NCBI RefSeq assembly: GCF_004343605.1
Contig: NZ_POSF01000015.1
Span: forward strand, 107,535 to 131,534
Length of the DNA: 24,000 nucleotides
DNA from: Dehalobacter sp. 12DCB1
GTDB taxonomy: Bacteria > Bacillota > Desulfitobacteriia > Desulfitobacteriales > Syntrophobotulaceae
Direction of reading: 5' to 3'
Both the position numbers and the translations under genes were made by a program. Positions 17,980 through 24,000 of this stretch are shown one piece after another; the stretch's first letter is position 1, and every line of letters starts with the position of its first letter. Below the pieces are notes generated by a model, which worked only from the letters and a program-made list of their open reading frames with translations, ran no database searches and was not told where the DNA came from.

Positions 17980-18005
17980 ATATTGATAAACATCAATATG
18001 TTTAT
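17980..18005. promoter_or_regulatory. candidate ArsR operator: overlapping palindromes ATATTGAT-N4-ATCAATAT and ATAAACAT-N4-ATGTTTAT
   Basis: Read directly, 27-50 bp upstream of the arsR start codon. Confidence 0.5.
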
Positions 18006-18163
18006 ATATTAGTCAAGACATTGATACTTGTCAATGTCTATGGTATATAAATATCCCGCAAATCGCAGAAAACCTAAGTAAACCCAAAGCACTGGTGAAC
18101 TGGAAACTTGTAGCGAGTAGAAAAGGTTGATCAAACGATGATCACATACTTTATAAATAAAAA

Positions 18164-18201
18164 GGCGGTGTTGCAAAACTACAAAGTTTGGCGGCACCGC
18201 C
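18164..18201. terminator. bidirectional-looking terminator hairpin
   Basis: GGCGGTGTTGCAAAACT-ACAA-AGTTTGGCGGCACCGCC (17-bp stem, 1 mismatch, 2 G-T). Flanked by A5 on the left and TTCTTCT on the right. It separates the IS region from the arsR promoter. Confidence 0.55.
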
Positions 18202-18289
18202 TTCTTCTATCGGTATATGAAAGACCAACTACGGTATATGGATTAAGCAACTACCTCTGGAAGGTATAACGAATAAAACCTTGAAGGTA

Positions 18290-18397
18290 GGGCTACGCAA
18301 TGTCTAACCGCTCTCGGCAAGTTGTGCCCTCCGTGGCGCAAAAAGCCGCGCTGCGCAATCCATGCTCCGCTTACGCTGGTTAGACATTGCATAGCCT
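18290..18397 (-). ncRNA. structured GC-rich element, copy B (inverted relative to copy A; strand uncertain)
   Basis: A 19-bp outer stem, GGCTACGCAATGTCTAACC with GGTTAGACATTGCATAGCC (one C/A mismatch). The inner sequence is the reverse complement of a homologue of the copy A core. Confidence 0.45.
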
Positions 18398-20137
18398 AAT
18401 CTTAGGTCTTTGTAAAAGATATTTTTTGGGGATTAGCGTGTCTTCTTCATCAATTCTAGGCCGTTTTTAGCTGATGAAGTGGTTTTCCGATGCGTTCATT
18501 CTGAATCTTCGCATGAAGCTTGTTGACGTTATATCCAATACAAAGCAACATAAATTCATTTTTGACGTTTTTCCTGCCGCGTGTTAAAAAGCGATTGAAG
18601 TTGTAATCGTTCTTTAAAACCCCGAAAGCCCCTTCCGCCTGGATAGAACGATTTACCCTAAGTAAGATGCCTTTTTCGGATGTAATATTCTCATAAGATA
18701 CCCGGCGTTTCTCCACAAATTTCTTGGATACCTGCATTCGTCTATTTCCTTTAGCTTTGGTACATTTCTCTTTCTTAAGGCAGTCTTGGCAGTCCTCGCA
18801 CTCATACAGTGTTATCTCCGACCGATAGCCGGTTGCCGATGTTCTATGGGTGATTCCAATAGGCTGAAGCTGCTTGCCGTTACTGCAGGTATATTCGTCT
18901 TTTTCAGCATCATAAGTCATGTTTTCCCGTTTGCTGATGTCATTTTTAAAGCTTCTTTTCTTCGATTGTTCATATGTTTGCGGCTTGATGTAGCAAGTCT
19001 GTCTGTGCTCTTCCAGGTAAAGATAATTCTCTTCACTTTCGTAGCCGGAGTCGGCAATGATATTTTTGTATCGAAAAGTTGATCTACTCTCCATTTCCTT
19101 TAAAAATGGGATCAGGGTATTTAAATCGTTTCTGTCCTGGAAAACATTGACGCCCGTTATGTATTCGCCTTCAACTCCGATCTGGACATTGTAAGCTGGC
19201 TTTAGCTGAGCATTGCGCATATGGTCGTCTTTCATATGCATGAAGGTGGCATCCGTATCTGTTTTAGAGTAACTATTCCGGCCGTTAAACAAGGTATTAT
19301 GTTTGTCATACGCTGCCTGACGCAAAGAGAATTCTCTGATCTGTTCAGTATACCGCTGTAATTCTGTCTTCCGTTTACCAATACCCTGAACAAATTCGAT
19401 GTTCTCTACTTTTCGTTTTTCTTCCAAATACGTGAGTATCCCCGCTAAATCACAGCATAAGCTATCTTTGCTGACGAGAAGATTCGTGTTGTAGGTTTCG
19501 TTGATTTTCTCCAGCAACGCTTGTATTTTCGTAAACATCTTAGCTTCATTTTTGTTGACGACTTTCTTCCAAACGAAGGTGTAACGATTGGCATTGGCTT
19601 CGATTTTTGTCCCGTCGATGAATAGATTCTCGAAGTTCACCTCGCCAGTCTGATGCAGATATACGACCATTTGATAAAACAATCCATCGACAGCATCAAC
19701 CACAAAACTTTTCCGAAACCGGGCAATGGTCGAATGATCCGGAGCCGGATTTCCTTGTAACAGCCACATGAAATTAATATCTCTCCGGCAGGCTTTCTCA
19801 ATATTTCTGCTCGAGTAAATATTGTTCATGTATACATAGGTCAATACCTTGAATAGGATCTTGGGTTCGACTGCAGGTTTTCTTCCAGTAGAAGAATATG
19901 CCTGATATAGCTCCGTGTAATTTAATCCCTCCAGTATGTGGCTGAGCAGTCGGACAGAATCATCTTCTGGTATTAACACATCAAAATTAAATGGTAAAAC
20001 TAATTGATACCCGTCGCGATATTCGGTATACTTTTTGTTGTGTAATTTATTTAGTCGCATAACTAAATTATACAGTATTTGCGGGCTCTTCGAGCCCGCA
20101 TTTGCTATATTTCCGGGTAAAAAAAGTAGGCTATTGC
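18389..20137 (-). mobile_element. IS1182-family insertion sequence (ends NOT resolved; coordinates are one candidate)
   Basis: Contains an intact transposase. The only inverted match I found near the ORF ends is GCATAGCCTA (18389-18398) versus TAGGCTATTGC (20127-20137). No target duplication found. Confidence 0.35.
18456..20060 (-). CDS. IS1182 family transposase
   Basis: 534 aa. N-terminal InsH-like domain (LPFNFDVLIPEDDSVRLLSHILEGLNY), central Cys motif YECEDCQDCLKKEKC, and a C-terminal DDE_Tnp_1_6-like ending (AEGAFGVLKNDYNFNRFLTRGRKNV...GYNVNKLH). Confidence 0.85.
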   Translation of the reverse strand: MRLNKLHNKKYTEYRDGYQLVLPFNFDVLIPEDDSVRLLSHILEGLNYTELYQAYSSTGRKPAVEPKILFKVLTYVYMNNIYSSRNIEKACRRDINFMWLLQGNPAPDHSTIARFRKSFVVDAVDGLFYQMVVYLHQTGEVNFENLFIDGTKIEANANRYTFVWKKVVNKNEAKMFTKIQALLEKINETYNTNLLVSKDSLCCDLAGILTYLEEKRKVENIEFVQGIGKRKTELQRYTEQIREFSLRQAAYDKHNTLFNGRNSYSKTDTDATFMHMKDDHMRNAQLKPAYNVQIGVEGEYITGVNVFQDRNDLNTLIPFLKEMESRSTFRYKNIIADSGYESEENYLYLEEHRQTCYIKPQTYEQSKKRSFKNDISKRENMTYDAEKDEYTCSNGKQLQPIGITHRTSATGYRSEITLYECEDCQDCLKKEKCTKAKGNRRMQVSKKFVEKRRVSYENITSEKGILLRVNRSIQAEGAFGVLKNDYNFNRFLTRGRKNVKNEFMLLCIGYNVNKLHAKIQNERIGKPLHQLKTA

Positions 20138-20169
20138 CTACGAACGACTACGTTCGTTGTGCAACAGCC
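20129..20169. other. compound hairpin C upstream of the IS1182 transposase start
   Basis: GGCTATTGC/GCAACAGCC (9 bp, 1 mismatch) encloses ACGAACG-ACTA-CGTTCGT. A second hairpin, GCGGGCTC-TTC-GAGCCCGC, lies at 20081-20099. Confidence 0.5.
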
Positions 20170-20310
20170 CCTCCATTTTAATCAATTTCTATAGTATTTT
20201 TTACTACTTTGACAGCGTGTGTATTTCCCTTTGTTCAACCCTTTTACTCCGTTAGAAGCGGCCTGATATTGTTTCGGATAATTAGTCTTATAACAGGTTA
20301 ACTAATTCAA

Positions 20311-20658
20311 TTAAATGTAGACGAAAGCCAATGTTAAACCTACAGCGGCAATTAAAATAAATAACCCCCAATAAAGTTTATTGAATCGGTTCTTTGTGAG
20401 TTGGATCATCACCCAAAAGAGTGCGAAACCTCCAATGCTCTTGATTAACAATGGAAGGCTAAAATCAACAAGTGTCCAAACATAGCATCCTGTTAATACT
20501 GCGAAGCCAAAGACAACATACATGATTTTACGAAGTTTTGTTTTTAGGTTTTGGTCATCACTAAAAGTAGCGATAAAAAATAAGACCAGGAGCACAGATG
20601 CAGCTAGAAAATGCCAGGGAGTATGATTCATTATTTCTATAGGACCTAAAGCTATCAA
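20311..20658 (-). CDS. small integral membrane protein (about 4 TM; possibly DUF1516/UPF0344-like)
   Basis: 115-aa hydrophobic ORF. TTG start with AGGAGG 7 nt upstream. The family guess is weak. Confidence 0.6.
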   Translation of the reverse strand: MIALGPIEIMNHTPWHFLAASVLLVLFFIATFSDDQNLKTKLRKIMYVVFGFAVLTGCYVWTLVDFSLPLLIKSIGGFALFWVMIQLTKNRFNKLYWGLFILIAAVGLTLAFVYI

Positions 20659-20690
20659 AGAAAATCCCTCCTAAAATATAATTATGATTT

Positions 20691-20719
20691 ATTATAAGGT
20701 AATTAATGTTTCTAGTCAA
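20691..20719 (-). promoter_or_regulatory. hybrid sigma-A-type promoter TTGACT-17 bp-TATAAT formed by the IS256 end plus resident -10
   Basis: The minus strand reads TTGACT (20719-20714, terminal bases of the IS), AGAAACATTAATTACCT (17 nt), then TATAAT (20696-20691). The TTG start of the membrane-protein gene lies 32 nt further on. Confidence 0.5.
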
Positions 20720-22079
20720 GTCCTTATTAGTGTGTAAATTCCCTCGGCTGTATTTAATTAAGCAGCGGATTGGTCCTTAGCTGATTTTTGTTCATTTATA
20801 AATTGATAATATTCATCCATATCAAGGTACTTTCTTGATGACCATTTTTCATCTTGTTCAATAAGTACTGATCCCAACAACCTGATGACGGAAGCTTCAT
20901 TTGGATAGATTCTTATAACACGATCACGACGTCTTACTTCTTGGTTAAGTCGTTCGACGCTATTTGTTGTTCGTAGGCGTTTTCGATACTTTTCAGGTAG
21001 ACTCATAACTGCCATAACATCTTCGAAACCTTCTTCAAGTGTTGTCATTGCTTTCGGAGCAAGAACTTCAAAGGCTTCTAAAGTTTCCGAAAGAAGTCTT
21101 CTTGCTTCATCAATATCTCTCGCTTGATAGATACTTTGTAGGTATTTCTTAATTTCAGGCTGGTGTTTCTTTGGTGTTTTATCAAGAATGTTTCTCGAAA
21201 AATGTGTTTGACAACGTTGCCAAGTTGCACCTTGGAAATGTTTTTTTATAGCCTTTACAAGACCTTTGTGATTGTCAGAGGCTATCAGGTCTACGTTGTT
21301 TAATCCGCGAAATTTAAGATCACTAAAGAAATCCCCCCAACTGGTTTCTGATTCGCTATTGCTTAACTGGAAGCCTATTACTTCACGATGACCGGTTTCA
21401 TTGACTGCTGTAGCAATTAATAGGCCTTTTGAACAAACACGACTATCTTCTCTAACTTTGATGTATATGGCATCAACAATGACAAAAGGATAGTGCTTTT
21501 CAAGCGGTCGATTTCTGAAGGCAGAAACGATTGGATCTAGATGCTCACAAAGTTTTGATACCGTTGATTTAGAGAAACTCTTACCACAAAGTTCTTCTGT
21601 GATATTCTCAATTTTTCTCGTTGAAACACCGTTTATGACCATTTCAATCATTGCTAAAATCAAAGCTTGTTCACTGCGTTGGTAACGCTTGAACATTGTA
21701 GTGCTGAACTCACCATTCCTATGGCGTGGAATTTTTAATGTTATGGAACCAATACGTGTAGTCAAATCTCTGTCTCTGAATCCATTTCGGTATGCTGTGC
21801 GATCTTCAGAACGTTCATAAGGCCCTGCACCAAGTTGCTCTGCTGATTGAGCAAGTAATACCTGATTTAGAATCGTTTCTAACAGTTTTGAAAAAGCTTC
21901 ATCCTTAGAGTCTTTTGTAAAAAGTCCGTGCAAAAGTTCTGTATCCAGTGTAATATTTAGTTGAGCCATTTTGTTCCTCCTCGATTATGTATTGTCTGGT
22001 AACTTTATTTTAACCGAGGTTGAGCTTTTTGGCTCGTTTTATTTAAAATTTGAATTTACACCATTATACGGACTTTATC
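20714..22079 (-). mobile_element. IS256-family insertion sequence, complete, with target-site duplication
   Basis: 1366 bp. The imperfect terminal IRs are AGTCAAGTCCTTATTAGTGTGTAAATTC and the reverse complement GATAAAGTCCGTATAATGGTGTAAATTC, matching at about 21 of 28 positions. It is flanked by direct ATGTTTCT(A) at 20706-20713 and 22080-22087. Confidence 0.85.
20758..21969 (-). CDS. IS256 family (Mutator-type) transposase
   Basis: 403 aa. MAQLNITLDTELLHGLF ... LLETILNQVLLAQSAEQLGA ... YERSEDRTAYRNGFRDRDLTTRIGSITLKIPRHRNGEF is a typical IS256 N-terminus. The DDE region is intact. Confidence 0.9.
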   Translation of the reverse strand: MAQLNITLDTELLHGLFTKDSKDEAFSKLLETILNQVLLAQSAEQLGAGPYERSEDRTAYRNGFRDRDLTTRIGSITLKIPRHRNGEFSTTMFKRYQRSEQALILAMIEMVINGVSTRKIENITEELCGKSFSKSTVSKLCEHLDPIVSAFRNRPLEKHYPFVIVDAIYIKVREDSRVCSKGLLIATAVNETGHREVIGFQLSNSESETSWGDFFSDLKFRGLNNVDLIASDNHKGLVKAIKKHFQGATWQRCQTHFSRNILDKTPKKHQPEIKKYLQSIYQARDIDEARRLLSETLEAFEVLAPKAMTTLEEGFEDVMAVMSLPEKYRKRLRTTNSVERLNQEVRRRDRVIRIYPNEASVIRLLGSVLIEQDEKWSSRKYLDMDEYYQFINEQKSAKDQSAA

Positions 22080-22092
22080 ATGTTTCTAAAAC

Positions 22093-22108
22093 TGTTAAGT
22101 ATTTAACA
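22093..22108. promoter_or_regulatory. perfect 16-bp palindrome TGTTAA-GTAT-TTAACA, candidate CRP/FNR-family binding site
   Basis: Read directly. It has the CRP-like TGTGA-N6-TCACA geometry (TGTTA-N6-TAACA). It lies 69 bp downstream of the regulator stop and 5 bp from the IS256 target duplication. Confidence 0.45.
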
Positions 22109-22176
22109 ATTAATAAAAAAATTGGGGAAGTTGAATTTCCATACCTAAAAATCAGAGAAGTAGCTGCTTGACCCTA

Positions 22177-22860
22177 TTATTTAAATATGTGCGTACTAAG
22201 ACAAGGGTCATCTTTTAAAATGTAATATCTGTTAGTGCGGTCGACTATTTTGGCTTCTTTTAACTCATTAAGGGCCTGAATGACCATTACCCGTGAAGCA
22301 CCAATCATATCAGCTAATTCCTGCTGAGTAATTATTAAATCGATCATTGTCGCGTTTGGCAGCTTTTTCCCATATTGGTTGGCAAGGTTATAAAATAGAC
22401 CTAATAATCTTTCTTTTACAGTTCGTCTAGTCTCCTTATCTGAATTCATAATGGCATAATGCTTTTGCCCAAGGTAATTAATTATCCTTAAGGCAAAAGA
22501 AGGATCTTTCTTAATTAACATTTCAAATTGCATTTTACTAAAGCAACAGATGCAAGCCTCTTCCATGGCTAATGCACTAGAACATTCCTTTTGTTCTAGA
22601 TATAGCGACAACTCACCTAGCACCTCACCGGGACCACAGATATCCAGAATTGTTTCATGTCCATCTCCAGCACTTTGAACAAGTTTAAGTTTTCCTGATT
22701 TCACAAGAAATATAGTACCTGTAATATCCCCTTGATAAAAAAGATAATGTCCTTTGGACAGCCGTTTTTTATTTGTACATTGACACAAGTTTGTAATCTG
22801 TTCTTTTTCCAGACCCCGAAACAGATCCAATTCTTCTAGGCAGATGAGGCAACGTTTCAT
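22177..22860 (-). CDS. CRP/FNR family transcriptional regulator, Cys-rich
   Basis: Has a cNMP-binding-like beta-barrel (FLVKSGKLKLV...GEVLGELSL). C-terminal HTH ITQQELADMIGASRVMVIQALNELKEAKIV. GGGGGAA RBS before ATG 22860 (MKRCLICLEE...); track start is 22896. Confidence 0.85.
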   Translation of the reverse strand: MKRCLICLEELDLFRGLEKEQITNLCQCTNKKRLSKGHYLFYQGDITGTIFLVKSGKLKLVQSAGDGHETILDICGPGEVLGELSLYLEQKECSSALAMEEACICCFSKMQFEMLIKKDPSFALRIINYLGQKHYAIMNSDKETRRTVKERLLGLFYNLANQYGKKLPNATMIDLIITQQELADMIGASRVMVIQALNELKEAKIVDRTNRYYILKDDPCLSTHIFK

Positions 22861-23083
22861 GCAATTCCCCCTATGTTTATAAAGAAAATATATCAAAATA
22901 GATTCAACTTTTCAACAAAGTAAAAATAATCCCGCTTTACGAGCCAGATTATTATTTGGAATTATCAGCACAAAACCTGATCAATCTTTTATTGTCCTCG
23001 AAAGTGTCCCCTCTTTTAAGAAAAGTTATTGTCAAACAAAGGTTAGCTATCGCTCAATAGCAAATATTCAAAGCATTTTATCC

Positions 23084-23112
23084 TTGACATGAATTCAGCC
23101 TTTTGTTATGAT
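23084..23112 (+). promoter_or_regulatory. sigma-A promoter for tRNA-Pro: TTGACA-17 bp-TATGAT
   Basis: TTGACA at 23084-23089 and TATGAT at 23107-23112. The tRNA 5' end is 26 nt downstream of the -10. Confidence 0.6.
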
Positions 23113-23137
23113 TTTATTTGTTCTTTAAAAGAGACAT

Positions 23138-23214
23138 CGGGGCGTGGCGCAGTTTGGTAGCGTGCTTGGTTCGGGACCAAGAGGCCGCAGGTTCGAATCC
23201 TGTCGCCCCGACCA
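23138..23214 (+). tRNA. tRNA-Pro (anticodon CGG), CCA encoded
   Basis: Hand-folded. Acceptor CGGGGCG/CGCCCCG, anticodon stem CTTGG/CCAAG with loop TTCGGGA, T-arm GCAGG-TTCGAAT-CCTGT, discriminator A plus CCA. Confidence 0.9.
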
Positions 23215-23231
23215 TTGAAACTCAAAAGAAA

Positions 23232-23262
23232 CTCCGGGTTTATACCCGGAGCTTATTTTTTA
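23232..23262 (+). terminator. rho-independent terminator after tRNA-Pro
   Basis: CTCCGGGT-TTAT-ACCCGGAG followed by CTTATTTTTTAT. Confidence 0.8.
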
Positions 23263-23353
23263 TATTTTTATATTTGACTCACTTTTGAACCTCTTTATTG
23301 ATTGTCATATTTAGGTTAACTGTTAAAGACTTACTGAACTTAAATAAACTACC

Positions 23354-23383
23354 TGTGTATTTTATTCCTATGTGCAGATACTA
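23354..23383 (+). promoter_or_regulatory. possible forespore (sigma-G/F type) promoter for the SASP gene
   Basis: GATACTA (23377-23383) resembles the sigma-G -10 CATACTA. TGTGTA sits 17 nt upstream, a weak match to TGAATA. Weak overall. Confidence 0.3.
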
Positions 23384-23422
23384 CAGATAAATAAACAAAT
23401 AAACAAAAAGGAGGGAAATTGA

Positions 23423-23572
23423 ATGGCTAAATATAAACTGCCGGTTAACAAACAAAGTGTTGCCAGCGAGCTTAAGGTTAACCTAGGCCCAGACACCTCC
23501 GCAAGACAGAATGGCTCTGTTGGGGGCAGTATGGTTAAGAAAACTTTTGAATACATTAACGGTAGAATCTAG
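23423..23572 (+). CDS. alpha/beta-type small acid-soluble spore protein (short, 49 aa)
   Basis: Not in the ORF track. AAAGGAGGG lies 7 nt upstream of the ATG. My translation is MAKYKLPVNKQSVASELKVNLGPDTSARQNGSVGGSMVKKTFEYINGRI. It contains the SASP signature (I/V)ASE(F/L)xVNLGxDT(T/S)xRxNGSVGG. Confidence 0.8.
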   Translation: MAKYKLPVNKQSVASELKVNLGPDTSARQNGSVGGSMVKKTFEYINGRI

Positions 23573-23593
23573 TCACCAAGCACATGAAGAAAT

Positions 23594-23625
23594 AAGTTAC
23601 TCCGGGTTTTTGCCCGGAGTAACTT
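23594..23625. terminator. bidirectional terminator between convergent SASP and DUF975 genes
   Basis: 13-bp perfect stem AAGTTACTCCGGG-TTTTTG-CCCGGAGTAACTT, with AT/T-rich flanks on both strands. Confidence 0.7.
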
Positions 23626-23647
23626 ATTATATAACTCAAAATATGGC

Positions 23648-24000
23648 TCAAAACTCTTCCGCAGTACAGACACCATTTTTGATGCTTTCTTTTTTTAGTT
23701 CCTGATAGAAATTAGTAAACGTAATTTGCATGTAGGGCATCAGCCAGATATAGCCAAGACAGAACGGGATCGTGGCCAGGATCGCCCAGCCAATGAAGCT
23801 GAGTGTAAGCAGGAATAGCTTGCCGCGATAGCCATAGCTGATTTTTTTACTGAGATCAAAGGCCTTTCTGATACCCATATCAGGATTATCAGCATAAATA
23901 TAAAAGCTCATCATATAGCCGTACGCTTTAACGATCCCCGGAATAATCAGTAGCAGTGACCATAAAAGTGTCCACAGCATATACCAGAGATATAGCCCGG
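23648..24000 (-). CDS. DUF975 family integral membrane protein (partial, N-terminus beyond window)
   Basis: YMMSFYIYADNPDMGIRKAFDLSKKISYGYRGKLFLLTLSFIGWAIL matches my recollection of the DUF975 C-terminal half. The frame stays open upstream of the listed Met to position 24000. Confidence 0.7.
   Translation of the reverse strand, partial: GLYLWYMLWTLLWSLLLIIPGIVKAYGYMMSFYIYADNPDMGIRKAFDLSKKISYGYRGKLFLLTLSFIGWAILATIPFCLGYIWLMPYMQITFTNFYQELKKESIKNGVCTAEEF

Noticed and set aside
18009-18197. 62-aa minus-strand ORF upstream of arsR.
   Set aside because: It spans the terminator hairpin and the arsR promoter/operator region. No RBS, odd composition.
18291-18396. Reading of element B as an integron attC site: GTCTAAC (18302-18308) and GTTAGAC (18379-18385) fit RYYYAAC/GTTRRRY.
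   Set aside because: There is no integrase or cassette array in the window. The stem continues 11 bp beyond the putative R boxes, unlike attC. The homologous copy A lacks these core sites.
18389-22079. The two IS elements flanking the small membrane-protein gene, considered as a composite transposon.
   Set aside because: The flanking elements belong to different families (IS1182 versus IS256), and the IS256 copy has its own private target duplication, which indicates independent insertions.
21971-22171. 66-aa plus-strand ORF next to the IS256 transposase start.
   Set aside because: It runs across the IS256 terminal inverted repeat and target duplication into flanking DNA. No RBS. Spurious.
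22177-22896. Interpretation of the CRP/FNR gene as an organohalide-respiration regulator (CprK/RdhK type).
   Set aside because: There is no reductive dehalogenase (rdhA/rdhB) gene and no TTAAT-N4-ATTAA dehalobox in the window. The idea rests only on a taxonomic guess.
23368-23705. ORF-track entries 23368..23556 (minus) and 23511..23705 (plus).
   Set aside because: Both overlap the 49-aa SASP gene and its terminator. Neither has an RBS or a recognisable motif, whereas the SASP frame has both.
1-24000. Scan for CRISPR arrays, rRNA, riboswitch-like leaders, and defence or toxin-antitoxin modules.
   Set aside because: I could see no regularly spaced repeat arrays, no rRNA-like sequence, and no gene pairs or domains diagnostic of known defence or TA systems.

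Overview
The window looks like a chromosomal segment of a moderately AT-rich, endospore-forming Firmicute. The spore-former call rests on an alpha/beta-type SASP gene, a DegS/DegU pair, a dnaD-domain/dnaI operon and Gram-positive style RBSs; a Peptococcaceae/Clostridia-like origin is only a guess. 1-18200 is mostly housekeeping or conserved genes: LysM protein, trxB, a UPF0182 membrane protein, an MscS channel, a ferritin-like protein, an ANTAR/phosphodiester-glycosidase operon, the helicase-loader operon, an HD hydrolase, a beta-CASP RNase, degS-degU, and an ArsR-permease-thioredoxin-like operon. 18200-22200 is an accessory patch: an IS1182-family element and an IS256-family element flank one small membrane-protein gene, next to a Cys-rich CRP/FNR regulator. 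The right end carries tRNA-Pro(CGG), a 49-aa SASP gene missing from the ORF track, and a partial DUF975 gene. I see no recognisable defence, CRISPR or toxin system. The most interesting items are: (1) a ~106-nt GC-rich structured element present twice (10879-10984 and 18290-18397, opposite orientation), with a conserved core and compensatory stem changes; (2) an IS256 insertion with an intact 8/9-bp target duplication, which sits between a perfect CRP/FNR-type palindrome and a -10 box and supplies its own TTGACT -35 at exactly 17 bp; (3) an ANTAR protein with a degenerate receiver, translationally coupled to two envelope proteins. All family assignments come from motif recognition by eye. No searches were run.
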